This document shows, piece after piece, positions 41,016 through 51,783 of a DNA stretch of 64,000 bases; positions within the stretch are counted from its first letter, which is position 1, and each line of letters opens with the position of its first letter. A model generated the notes under the pieces. It did not search any database. It had not been told where the DNA came from and saw nothing but the letters and a program-made list of their open reading frames with translations. Made by a program: the position numbers and the translations under genes. The DNA comes from Mayamaea pseudoterrestris (Eukaryota). The DNA is taken from contig BROI01000003.1 in assembly GCA_027923505.1 (NCBI GenBank), positions 1,240,001-1,304,000 of the forward strand, read 5' to 3'.

Positions 41016-42398
41016 ATGAAATTCTCCGTTTTTCAAATATCGACTCTCGCCTCTACAATTTTCTTCCAAAAAGCTACTGCCCAGACTCCTTCGGCTCTGC
41101 CATCCATGGCTCCAGCCACTGCCAGTAGCCCAGCAGCAGAAATTACTCCATCCAGTGAAGTTTCCGCAGCACCCTCACAAGCACCCTCACAATCAACGTC
41201 ATCGGAAGCACCGTCGCCCTCACCACTTTCAACTCCAACAACTGGAATGTCAGCAAATCCATCCGCTGCTCCCGTATCTCTTGCTAGTCCGTCGCTGGTG
41301 CCTAGTGTCTCGCCAGCGAGCAATGCACCATCGGCGTCTCCAGTGACCAAGGTTTCGGCTGCACCTTCCTCAACGCAAGTGTCAAAGCAATCAAACTCTC
41401 CCTCCGCTGTACCAAGTAATGCTCCAGTTGTGAGCAAGGGAACGCCATCTGCTGTTCCAAGTAATGCCCCAGTTGTGAGCAAGGGAACGAGCAATGCGCC
41501 GTCCACCGCGCCAGGAAACAAAACAACCAACACTCCCTCTTCAGTACCAAGTAAAGGAGCAACGAGTCAATTGCCTTCCAATGCACCCAGCAAACTATCG
41601 AGTCCAACTGTCGCTCCAGTGAGTAAGGGGACAAGTCGAGCGCCATCCATTGCTCCAGCGAGTCAAGAAACCAGTCGTGCGCCGTCGGATGCCCCGGTGA
41701 GCAAAGTAACTAGCAGAGCACCATCGGATGCACCAAATGCAGGAACGAGTCAATCGCCTTCGGCCTCCCCAGTTGGTAAAGCAACTAGCCGAGCGCCATC
41801 GGACACACCAAATGAAGGGACGAGCCAACTGCCATCGGTCTCCCCGGTCAGTAAAGAAACCAGTCGAGCGCCATCAAATGCACCAGATGAAGGATCCATC
41901 CTCGCACCATCCTCTGCGCCAGCTGCATTGATACCATCAATCAACCCATCCTTGCGGCCAGGCACATCGAATCCGCCATCCCTTGCACCAGTGCCTAGCG
42001 CGCTTACGTCCAAAGCTCCTTCGACTGCACCAGCAACCGAAACGCCAACCACGAATATTCCGACGACCCTCGTCCCCACCAAGGCACCAAGGACGAAACG
42101 ACCAACACGCCCTCCAACCACCCGCAGACCCCGAACGCGCAAACCAACGCCAAAGCCCGTGCGCGTACGTGTACCGCTCCGGAGACCGACGCGACGCAAG
42201 GCTGCCATCACTGTGCGAACATGCTTCCAAAAAGTGCAGACAACGTGCAACTGCTCACTCTTTTTCAAGGGCAGCCTCTGCTGGAAAGATGTCGCTGTGA
42301 ACAAGTGTCAGTCGCCGAGTCAAGCATACAATGACAATGTTTATAATCAGTATGAAAGGTTTTGTAGAAAACGAGGTACCTGGAATGGGTTCTTTTAA
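41016..42398 (+). CDS. Secreted mucin-like S/T/P-rich repeat protein with basic PT(R/K) segment and 6-Cys C-terminal domain
   Basis: Signal peptide (…ATA-Q); many PSxxP / TSRAPSxAP repeats; PRTKRPTRPPTTRRPRTRKPTPKP; six Cys in the last ~60 aa. Confidence 0.8.
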   Translation: MKFSVFQISTLASTIFFQKATAQTPSALPSMAPATASSPAAEITPSSEVSAAPSQAPSQSTSSEAPSPSPLSTPTTGMSANPSAAPVSLASPSLVPSVSPASNAPSASPVTKVSAAPSSTQVSKQSNSPSAVPSNAPVVSKGTPSAVPSNAPVVSKGTSNAPSTAPGNKTTNTPSSVPSKGATSQLPSNAPSKLSSPTVAPVSKGTSRAPSIAPASQETSRAPSDAPVSKVTSRAPSDAPNAGTSQSPSASPVGKATSRAPSDTPNEGTSQLPSVSPVSKETSRAPSNAPDEGSILAPSSAPAALIPSINPSLRPGTSNPPSLAPVPSALTSKAPSTAPATETPTTNIPTTLVPTKAPRTKRPTRPPTTRRPRTRKPTPKPVRVRVPLRRPTRRKAAITVRTCFQKVQTTCNCSLFFKGSLCWKDVAVNKCQSPSQAYNDNVYNQYERFCRKRGTWNGFF

Positions 42399-42765
42399 AC
42401 AAATGACTGGCGAGTTGGTGTGAGAACGGGATAATGAAAATGCGCAATAACAGTAAACGACGGTTCGAGCAAAGCATATAAGATGTATCATTAAAAGTAT
42501 TACTATAGATGTATCTGCGTGTCACAAAATAGATTACAGTATGGCTTACTGGATATATGCTTTCGTTACTCGCCATTGCAACAGTTCAGACAAAGTGCAT
42601 GCAGACTATCCTGCACAAGAATAATAATGGATGCTATTCAATGCAAACAATTAGTCAGGCCCAGGTCAGGTTGCATTCAAACAAAGAAGGGCTGCAACAC
42701 TCACTTCCTCACACTTACCAGTCGTTTGCTGATAAACGTTTCGGAAATACAAACGATCAAGAAAT

Positions 42766-44469
42766 TCAGACTTTTAGACGATGGCCGATACTGGTTCCAT
42801 CTTCACTTGCTCCGCCATTTGAGTCACCATTGGTAGCGCCATTTTCATTGCCGCCCCCGCTGGTTCCTTCACTACCGGCACGTTTGCCAGTTCCGCCATC
42901 GCTCTTTCCACCACCTCCGGCGCGACTACCAGTTTTACCTGAACCACCGACACCTCCTTCACCATTGTCCTGTCCTTCGCTTCCTCCATCACCAGCACGT
43001 TCGCCAGTTCCGCCGCCGCCGCCGCTTGCTCCAGAGTCTCCTTCAACGCCTCCCGCGCGACTGCCGGTTTCTCCATCCCCACCGGTACCTCCTTCACCAG
43101 TGTCGCTGCCTTCTTCTACACCGCTACTGCCCGTTTCGCCAGCTTCCCCATTTCCTCCTTCACCATTGTCTGTTTCTGTATCTTCTTCACCACCACCGGC
43201 GCGACTGCCAGCTTTGCCACCCGACGCCCCTCCGCCAACGGATTCGATGGGGTCATGCTGGCCCACCTTTAACGATCGACCGAATGTTTGAGCGCGACGA
43301 CGACCGACTCCCTTAATGGTCTTCGGACCTTCGCGCGTTTCGGGTTCCTTTGGCTCCTTCTCCTCGGGAAACTCCGGTTCCTTCGGCAGCTTGGGTTCCG
43401 GCATGTCTCCAGGCGATTCCTTCGTCACCTCGTCGTCATTGCGGATAGAGGCGAGGCGACGACGCTCTCCCTTGCTGGCCCTCGGTCCTTCGCGCGTTTC
43501 AGGCTCCTTTGGCGCTTCCTTGTCCATTGGCGGCTCCTTTGGCTCTTTGGGATTTTTCGATTCCTTCTCGACAGGCTGGAGTTGGCGACGACGCTCTCCC
43601 TTGATAGCCCTTGGTCCTTCGCGCGTTTCAGGTTCCTTGGGCACTTCCTTGTCCATCGGCGGCTCGGGAGCTAGCGGTTCCTTTGGCTCCGGTTCCTTAA
43701 ACTTGGGTTCCTTGTCGACGGGCGGTTCTTCGAAGTGAAGCTGGCGAAAACGACGCTCTCCCTTGATTGCTCGAGGGCCTTCAGGTGGCTCTGGTTCCTT
43801 TGGCGCTTCCTTGTCCATCGGCGGCTCGGGAGCTAGCGGTTCCTTTGGCTCCTTGAAAGCTTCCTTGGGCTCCTTCTCGACGGATCCTTCGGGATGAAGC
43901 TGGCGAAAGCGACGTTCACCCTTGATTGCTCGAGGACCTTCAGGCGACTCTGGTTCCTTTGGCCCCTCCTTGTCGGCTGGTCCTTCCGGCGCTTCCTTGC
44001 CAATGGGTCCCTCGGGTTGCAGCTGGCGACGACGCTCGCCCTTGACGGTCCGTGATGGACCTTCCGGGGATTCCTTCTCCGCTTCTTCCTTGGGCGACTC
44101 CTTGTCGACGGGCGCTTGCGCATGAAGCTGACGCCGCTCGCCCTTGACAGTCCGTGATGGATCTTCCGGCGATTCCTTCTCCGTTGGTGGTTCCTTGGGC
44201 GGCGACTCCTTGTCGACGGGCGCTTGCGCATGAAGCTGACGACGGCGCTCACCTTTCGGCGCCTTTGGCTGACTCACCATCAAGTGACGACGACGACCCT
44301 TGGTTGTCTTGGAGCTTTGCGGTGGCTCGGGCTGCTGCACCATCAAAAAGCGGTGCGCGGAGGATCGACGCAAGGTGGTGAAGAGTGACTTGCTTGGAGC
44401 TGCACCATCCTGCGACGCGGCTTGCGATGAAGCAAGCAGCAAGCAAAGAAAAGGAGCGAAAGGTTTCAT
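42766..44469 (-). CDS. Secreted repetitive polyprotein (567 aa) with ten RXL sites; candidate biosilica/cell-wall peptide precursor
   Basis: Signal peptide MKPFAPFLCLLLASSQA. K/E/P-rich units each ending in KG(E)RR..RxL. G/E/S/T-rich C-terminal domain. Confidence 0.8.
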   Translation of the reverse strand: MKPFAPFLCLLLASSQAASQDGAAPSKSLFTTLRRSSAHRFLMVQQPEPPQSSKTTKGRRRHLMVSQPKAPKGERRRQLHAQAPVDKESPPKEPPTEKESPEDPSRTVKGERRQLHAQAPVDKESPKEEAEKESPEGPSRTVKGERRRQLQPEGPIGKEAPEGPADKEGPKEPESPEGPRAIKGERRFRQLHPEGSVEKEPKEAFKEPKEPLAPEPPMDKEAPKEPEPPEGPRAIKGERRFRQLHFEEPPVDKEPKFKEPEPKEPLAPEPPMDKEVPKEPETREGPRAIKGERRRQLQPVEKESKNPKEPKEPPMDKEAPKEPETREGPRASKGERRRLASIRNDDEVTKESPGDMPEPKLPKEPEFPEEKEPKEPETREGPKTIKGVGRRRAQTFGRSLKVGQHDPIESVGGGASGGKAGSRAGGGEEDTETDNGEGGNGEAGETGSSGVEEGSDTGEGGTGGDGETGSRAGGVEGDSGASGGGGGTGERAGDGGSEGQDNGEGGVGGSGKTGSRAGGGGKSDGGTGKRAGSEGTSGGGNENGATNGDSNGGASEDGTSIGHRLKV

Positions 44470-45196
44470 GTTGGTTGCAGTGTTCTGGCTGGTTGATGAT
44501 TGCGTTTCTTGGACCACGGATCGGTCGAATAATGAGGAGGAGGCGTCTCGTCAAGGCTGCACGACTTACAAAATTTGGTAAAGCTTTCAAGTAAAGATCC
44601 TTGGAGTATCGTATAATTGGGAGCGCTTGCATCATGGTCGCATACATGTGAGCAGTGCGTGGGGGTAGCCGTTGCTTGAAAGTAACGTCCTCATTTTTTG
44701 AGTCGAAGCTTTGCAGTAAACGCAAACGTAATTCACAACGTAGCTAGCGAGACGGAATCGTTCGTGAGCTACAGCTAAAATTTGGCCAATCTTTCAAAGT
44801 CTTTGCATGAAAATCTACATCAAAAGAGGCATGGCAAGACATGATGAAACTGTGAGGTTCATCTCGTCTCGTCACATCGCTCCATCGCCGATAAAAAGTC
44901 GCACAGGTTTTATCCATAACCGGTCAGACATTTGTCACATCCGTTTTTCCGCGTCGACGCGCCATTCGCTTCCACCATGATGCTCCCTCGTTCGACGCCC
45001 ACGGTCACGCTGGCGAAGCATTTATGCACGCAGCGAACAGTTGAGGTACCTCCGCGGTCCATCCTTGTCGATTTGAGTCGTACTACCAAGAAATGGACAT
45101 GTTCACTCGTTCGACCACAAATGTGGCGAGTTGCAAGCTGCTAGTTGAGCGATTGCATGCTGCTGGCAGCCAAAAGCTTGTCATCGCCATTGAAGC

Positions 45197-46518
45197 ATGC
45201 CTCCCGTCCAAGGAACCAAGCGACTCTCCGATAAGGATGTGAGAGAAATCTTTTCGTGCTTGTTTGAGTATGGCAAGCGTCCTCCGAGTCATTTATGCTT
45301 TCAAATTGTGCCAGTGGTGAGTTTCATTCTTGGATGCAAGAGAGAGTCGCAAGTCAGACGAGCAATGTTATTGAAGACTCTGACTTCTTCCTTCTCTCAT
45401 ATAATAGGGTCCAAATGGATTGAAACTCTCACCTCCATCGCACGAATTTGAAGGTAAGTATTCATACGTATTTCTTTGTTGTCGCCATCAGGCTAGTCGC
45501 CATCGCTCACCTTTACCATTCTTCTTTATGCTTGTATGCAGATGGTCTCTACGTCTTGCTACGTCCCCAATCAAAAAAGAAGTCTGCTCCCATTCCCCAG
45601 CCACCGGTGCATTTGCATGATCTTGTTGTCCGCAATGCCCTTGCGGAGAATTGCGCTTGGAGCTTGTCGGGGCCGCAGTTTCCAGTCACCAACAAGCCAG
45701 GAGCCTTGCAGCAGCGTTACTGCTACCCAAAGGGCCGTCCCGAATATAGCAGTTACAAGGGTGGCGCGCTCTGGACGATGCGCGGCGTCGATGGAAAGGA
45801 GGACTGCGAGTTTCGCTTGCTGCACGTTTATCAGAGTCAAAAGCGCGCGGCCAACAAGGGAGTGACGTTGACACCAAGCACGACGCCATTGAGTTGCGAG
45901 TATACGCAGTATCAGCCCGTTGCGAAAAAGCCGCGCTACATTTCGCCAGCACGTGAGCGAGTTGTTCCAGCCGTCAGGTGCAGCAAAATCATGTTTCCAG
46001 ACAGCAACATTCACCGCATCAATAGCTGCGCCACTTTGGAGACAACGCTTAGCTTTCCGACGTTGGAGCATGGCTTTTCGCATTCCTTTGAAAGCATTCA
46101 AGCTAATGCACCGGCTTCTTCCCCTCGATTATGTCCGGATACGCTGAGCAGTCAAGACCCATCTTTCGTCGCTGGTCATTACTGTCCAAACAATCATCAT
46201 CCGCCGCACCCGACTTGCAGTCACGAACAACTTGATTTCAACTTTCAGGACTTGCACAATGATCCAATGCTGCAGGAGATGGAGCAGCAGCGCAATGTGA
46301 CACACGAAACAAAGTTTTTGCAGCGCTTGGGTGTCGTGCATGAAAAGATTTGCAAGTATATTTTTGACCAGCCCGAACACTTGCAGCCCACCTTGGTGAG
46401 TACACTGGCTGGCTGGGCGAGAGCCATGGCCATGGATCCGCTGTCGACTCGATCGTTGCAGAATGATGACTATCGCGAAACGTATGGACGTGCGCAGGAT
46501 CATCACGCATGTTGTTGA
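45197..46518 (+). CDS. Hypothetical protein, possible DNA-binding regulator; join(45197..45316,45408..45453,45542..46518)
   Basis: Two GT-AG introns join three ORF pieces in frame (MPPVQGTKRLSDKDVREIF...VPV|GPNG...FE|DGLYVLL). Globular N-terminal half, low-complexity C-terminal half. Confidence 0.65.
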
Positions 46519-46670
46519 AGAGAAAAAGTGACTGCTATTGGTCGTTTTAGACGGAGAGATTTGGTGATAGATGAAGATTTTATGAATCCTCGATGGGTTT
46601 GTTATTATTATACACTAAGTATAAATCAGTGCACATGGTTCTATAAAAGACTTGTTATAGCGTGCTCTTA

Positions 46671-47735
46671 CTACTCAAAGATGCTGTCCGATCGAAAGTT
46701 TTGATCCTCAACGCCTTCCATTCCCTTGCGCGAGTACAAAAAGTAGCAGACTGGCCGCGTCACGTCGCTTGCATTCGGCGTCCCCCGATGAATGGTTCTG
46801 TAGTCATACAGCAGACAATCTCCCTTTGTCAATATCCCATCCGTTCCTCCTGGCAGTGCTTGCTCGCCTTTCTTGTCAAGCAGCTTGCTGTACTTGTGCG
46901 AGCCGGCCCAAAACTCCGTGTAGCCAACGCTGCGATTCAAGTCAATCAAGGGTACAAAGACGCACAAGGCGTGCGTCGGCGCAGCTTCCTCTAAATCAAA
47001 ACTTGCCGATGCACCAACATGTACTCCGTCCGAGTGATAGTACTGCATGCCAGCGCCTGGCAAGGACAAGACGCATCCACACTTGACCAATGAACAGTTT
47101 TCGCCCAATAGTTCCTTCACCAATGGCTTCCATTTGCCAGCAGCTTCGAATTTCTTCCACTGATCATCACCACTTGCCAAATCCATGCGAAAGTCGAATC
47201 GATTATTGTCTCGTCGCATAATCTCCTTGTAATGCTGCTTGGGTTTCGTTTGTAGCAAGGCGTAGAGTTTCTCAAAGGTCGACACTGCCAACTCGTACAA
47301 TTCATCAACGTGACTGATGTTGATTGCGTCTTTTATGCCAACGAGTCCATATTGACGAAACGTTTCAGCGTTGGCATTCATGGGAAGCTCCGTTGGCAGT
47401 AATGGAATGGGAGTGTCCTGCAGGACCAGCAACAGCTCCGCCTTGCCAATCACCGCTGCTTGCGTCTCCAGTAATTGGACAATGCGGTCACAAACCTGCT
47501 CGATGGTTTGGACATTTTCCTTGTCAATGATGTCAAGCTTGCCAGAAATTTCCAAAAAGCCAAGTGGATCAGAAAGTGCGGGATGCACCAGGGAAGCGTT
47601 GCGATGATGCGTCCATTTCAGAACAAAGTCGCCGTGGTCCTTGGCAACACACTGGCAAGCGTCTCGTAGTTGATTCGTCGAGATGGTTGGCTGAACGGGT
47701 AAGACTGCGAAAAAGACTCCGTATGTGGCTGCCAT
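46671..47735 (-). CDS. Phytanoyl-CoA dioxygenase-like (PhyH) Fe(II)/2-oxoglutarate dioxygenase
   Basis: SLPGA.MQYYHSDG (HxD), VFVPLIDL, TEFWAGSH, GDCLLYDYRTIHRG..N, RP. Confidence 0.85.
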   Translation of the reverse strand: MAATYGVFFAVLPVQPTISTNQLRDACQCVAKDHGDFVLKWTHHRNASLVHPALSDPLGFLEISGKLDIIDKENVQTIEQVCDRIVQLLETQAAVIGKAELLLVLQDTPIPLLPTELPMNANAETFRQYGLVGIKDAINISHVDELYELAVSTFEKLYALLQTKPKQHYKEIMRRDNNRFDFRMDLASGDDQWKKFEAAGKWKPLVKELLGENCSLVKCGCVLSLPGAGMQYYHSDGVHVGASASFDLEEAAPTHALCVFVPLIDLNRSVGYTEFWAGSHKYSKLLDKKGEQALPGGTDGILTKGDCLLYDYRTIHRGTPNASDVTRPVCYFLYSRKGMEGVEDQNFRSDSIFE

Positions 47736-48194
47736 GTTGCGTGGGAAGTGGTGCAGCAAGTGGAACGATGATGGAACGGATTCATGGTCGTCGCGAGGCT
47801 GTCACGCTTTCGCAATCGTGTGTCACACGATTGCCGCCAGCACAAGCCAGCTATCGTAGTTGTACAAATGATTTTTTGCCAATACCTGTTGTACAAGTAA
47901 GCTTTTGCTAATACGCAAAGACAGTACGTATTCATGGGCTCTTTGTTACTTTTAGGTGTGACACTGTCGCTAAATTATCACGATTTGAAAAGCCAGAAAA
48001 TTAACAAAAATGAGATTCCATATCGCATGCGGAACGATGTGGCCGATTTGGTACTACACAAACTTGCATCTTTTGCATGTCGAAAGGTGTGGATACACTT
48101 GCTGAAATGCCAAGTACCCACTGGCCCCTTACAGTAAATACTCGGATACGATTTCGGCAAGCTTATAGACCGCCAACCAAATGACTCGCACCTC

Positions 48195-49795
48195 TCACGA
48201 CATTGGCGGATACGAGTACTGAAAGATCCTCATCAAGTTTTCGTCCAAGTGTTCCTTGGCGTAGATCAAATCCTCGGTTGACATTCTCGCCACGCGCAAC
48301 GCAGCATCACCCGTCTTTTCCACCACTTTTAAAAAAGTCGTGCCACTTCCATGGCTCTTGCTTGATCCAGATTGGAACGTGAATGCATCTGGAACGGTCG
48401 TGCCGGCACAGTCGGCAATAATCTTCATAATCGTCGGTGCGTGTAATATCATGTCCTCGAACCGAAAGATGAGTCGAGGATATGTGGCTTTCAAGTAGTA
48501 ATTGTACCAATCGCTCCACAAGTGTGCCAAGGAGTCCCAGTGAAATTTTTGATGTTCGTCAAAAATAACCTTGACGGGAAAGGTGTCATTTATTTCATTT
48601 CCAAACCGCTTCCGATCATCCTCGTCGGGTACCAGGTTGGGACAGTGCGCGGGTCGCGACTTCCAGTGAGCCGCGTAGGATGATTTGCACATGGAGTGCA
48701 TCCAGGAGTATGGATCGCGAATTAACACAATGGGTAGAGCCTCGAGCTGATTGTACTTTTCGAGACCGGATGCCGTATGATTGAGTCGAACGAACTGTGT
48801 CAATGAATGCATCGTAGTAGTGGATCAAAAGACTGAGTTAGCTTTCATTCGAAAAAGTCAGCCTGCCTCTTCATATCGACTACTGGTAGCTTACCTCCAT
48901 GCGATGCTTTCCCCAAGGTACTGCAACAAGGAAAGATACGAAATCACACATTTCGTAAGAGAGAGTGATCGACAAAAAGCAGGAAGAGTGGTTTGCGGGC
49001 GAATCACTAACAGGTCACACTGCACACAACTCGGCGACGACGTTAAACCCAGTAAAATCTCGCCCACTCACCTTGCCAGGCACTATTCAAAACAATATTC
49101 TTGCGCAAATGATGTTCCATCGCATTCGTTCCCGTGTTGAATAGACCCGCCACGGCGGCGTATCGCTTGGGCGGCGGCACCATGTTGCGATAGGAAGCGC
49201 ACGTTTCCAAACCAACAATGAGCGGCTCGTCCAAGTTTCCATACAAACGTTGCAGCGCCTTCCAATCCGGCAAATGTTTCTTGTCTTTTTCGGTCAAGTC
49301 GTTGATGCCAGCGTTGCGTAGTAGCTGTATAATGGGATGCTCGTCGTTGGCAATGTCGGCTTTTGGAAAGGCGTCGGCTGTCAAGTTCATGTCCTTGATA
49401 TCCTTCCTGACGACATCTTGTATAGTTGATTTGGATTCAGAGATAGCATCGATCGATTGTATTCTTTGTTTCGTTACTAATTCTACACCCATAATGTTGC
49501 GATTCAAGGTTGAATTGTCCAATGTCCATGCAGAGTTATCGAAAAATTGCAATCGTTGCTGCTCGTTCAACAAGTCTGGCTGCCGAAACAAGAACATTTG
49601 CAGAAAGCATGCCGCAAACGCAAGCACTAACAAAAGTGTTCCAAGAGTATGGGTGCTGCTACTACTTCGACTTGATGAGCGTCCCTGCAATGCTTTGCGA
49701 TCGGTACGTGACGAAGGGGGCGGCGACAATTGCGTATCTGGCGCGCCATTTTTGGATTGCGGGGAAGCCTTGAGCTTTCCGCCCTTCTCTGACAT
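48195..49795 (-). CDS. Type II membrane sulfotransferase-like protein; join(49072..49795,48895..48920,48195..48794)
   Basis: TM anchor; VAGLFNTGTN; WQ|VPWGKH on a 26-nt micro-exon; VLIRDPYSWMHSMC; FRFED. Confidence 0.75.
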
Positions 49796-50396
49796 GTACT
49801 GATTATCTTTCGGGTCTCAATAAAGATATAAAACTGTTAGCGCCTGTGCTATTGCTTGTAGTCAGCTTGAGCGATGAATCTATCCAAGTCATGCGGTCAT
49901 CGCGCGCCGCGCCGTCGCGGCGGAAGTGCAGTGCTGCTACGACACGTACCCGACATCACGATTTGCTATCACACCGAAGCTGGCATGTTTGTACAACAAC
50001 AGTCGCTAGAGTATGATATATTAGAAGCTTCGAAGCTATCATACGTACGAAAGAAGCTTGCCAGGTTCAAAAATGCTAGGGTATCATGGAGGAACTATGA
50101 GATATCTAATCAATCTGCATGCTTCCCTCCCATAAGACCGGCTTTGAAAAGGCGTTCGCGTGAGCAACAGCTCTTCAGCATAAGGATAACGAGAAGGTAT
50201 ACTAGTATAGTATCAGACTAGATAAAGAGTATGTGCAAGATGTCTCTAAGTGTTTGTTAGCAAGTAGCAAGTGTACTAGTATTTACAGGGGAAGCTTGAT
50301 GGCAAGCCAATGCATGACATCTTCACTCCTCACGCAGAGTGCGCCACGCAGCACCGCATCAGCAGAGTGTATTGTGACGACGAAAGGGGTAGAGTA

Positions 50397-51041
50397 TTAA
50401 AGACTTGTGCGTCTTGCTTGGCGTCCACTTGCTGTTGTCCTGGAATGGATAGCTTGTTGAGGCGGGTGCTGGCCGTGACGCCTCGGTGTGGCATTTGTCG
50501 GATCATGCGGATGGAACCGTCCACTAGTAGTCCATGATTGTTGGGGGATTGTGGTTGAGGAGCAGAAGGTACTGGCGCATCGTCGACGGAGCGGACGGGG
50601 TATCGTGGTGGAGAGTCTCGTCGTCGGAGCGGATGCTGGGGCAATTTGTCCTGCGCAGAGGATGGCTGGCTGTGAATGGCGTTCATGACGAGCATGGGAG
50701 ACATGGTTCAGGCTGTTGTGGTTGATTAAAAAGGCGATAATAGAATGAATCGGCGGGTTGCGAGGGATTGTGAGACGAGGCACGAAGGCTCTGCTTTGCC
50801 CCGCTGAGTTGGTCGAAGAGTTGGCCATCGAAACGGATCGAAGTGACACTGTCGTACGTATCACAGGCGAATCCTTGCGCACTTTCCTAGCCAGGGCTGT
50901 GCTTTTGACTGACCTGGACCTTCCGTCCCTGACGAGTTGCGGAGAAACTGATACGCGGGCGCAAATTAGACGAGGCTGACTCACTTTGCCCCAAACGTTT
51001 GTCGGGCTGGCATGAGTCATGACTGACGCATGGAGAGTCAT
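50397..51041 (-). CDS. Possible low-complexity hypothetical protein
   Basis: Overlapping ORFs (50397-51041, 50330-50704) with S/P/R-rich content. Exon structure unresolved. Confidence 0.25.
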   Translation of the reverse strand: MTLHASVMTHASPTNVWGKVSQPRLICARVSVSPQLVRDGRSRSVKSTALARKVRKDSPVIRTTVSLRSVSMANSSTNSAGQSRAFVPRLTIPRNPPIHSIIAFLINHNSLNHVSHARHERHSQPAILCAGQIAPASAPTTRLSTTIPRPLRRRCASTFCSSTTIPQQSWTTSGRFHPHDPTNATPRRHGQHPPQQAIHSRTTASGRQARRTSL

Positions 51042-51783
51042 TTCGATCGTGTTTGCGCATTGACAACGCCAGAATGACCAATAAATAAATTGGCCGACAA
51101 TGTCTACTGCAGGTCCACGATCACATTAGTGCTAGTCCTCTACCGGTACAGTACCTATGCATCCATTAGGCTCGTCGAGTTTGCTAAATCTGATGTGGAT
51201 GGAAGGTGCCTTTAATCGAACCTTGGTGTGAGGTGTGAGGTGTAGCACCTTTCGCTTGAAGCAATTGCTCACCCTCGACTACTCCTTCTACTGATGCTAG
51301 CTTAACTTTAAAGTTAGGAGTAGCGATGCTTGGCGGCTTATATAGTGTCTTACCTCCATTTATCATGCCTCTATTGAGCGAGCATTCGTAACGTTCCTCC
51401 TTTCTTGTGAACCGACTGCATAACGTTTGAATGAGGCTGTACCGAGGCCCTTTCTGTTCCCCCATGGTTGCTTCTTATTGGCATGACCGTGCCGAATTAT
51501 GCTTCCTTCGTCGAAGGCGGCAGTTTCCACCGTTGCTTTGCTCTAGCGTTCGCTCAGATGTACTGTCGTTTAGCAAAAGTCGCTTTGACGATCTCTGAAG
51601 AGCAGACTGAGACTCGCTTGCGCTTCGAAACCGGACAAAGGAATAGTCGCGCGCATCTTCACAACCTCTGGATGAATCTCCATCCATTCAAACCCTTCCA
51701 TTGATCCTTTTTGGTCGTTGTTGCTTTCATTGCATCAGTTCTCTATATATTGCCGCCTACACTGACATTCACCATTTACCATC

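Noticed and set aside
42557..43291. 244-aa Pro-rich ORF on the + strand
   Set aside because: Antisense shadow of the Gly-rich C-terminus of the RXL polyprotein (GGN codons read as Pro/Ser on the other strand).
43290..44300. Regularly spaced DNA repeats that could be mistaken for a CRISPR array
   Set aside because: They are in-frame coding repeats of variable length in a eukaryotic gene, the spacers are mutually similar, and there are no cas genes.
24447..49795. Apparent glycan-modification cluster (two sulfotransferase-like genes, O-FucT, mucin-like protein)
   Set aside because: The genes are interspersed with unrelated housekeeping genes over 25 kb and these families are large in diatoms. 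There is no evidence of a functional cluster.
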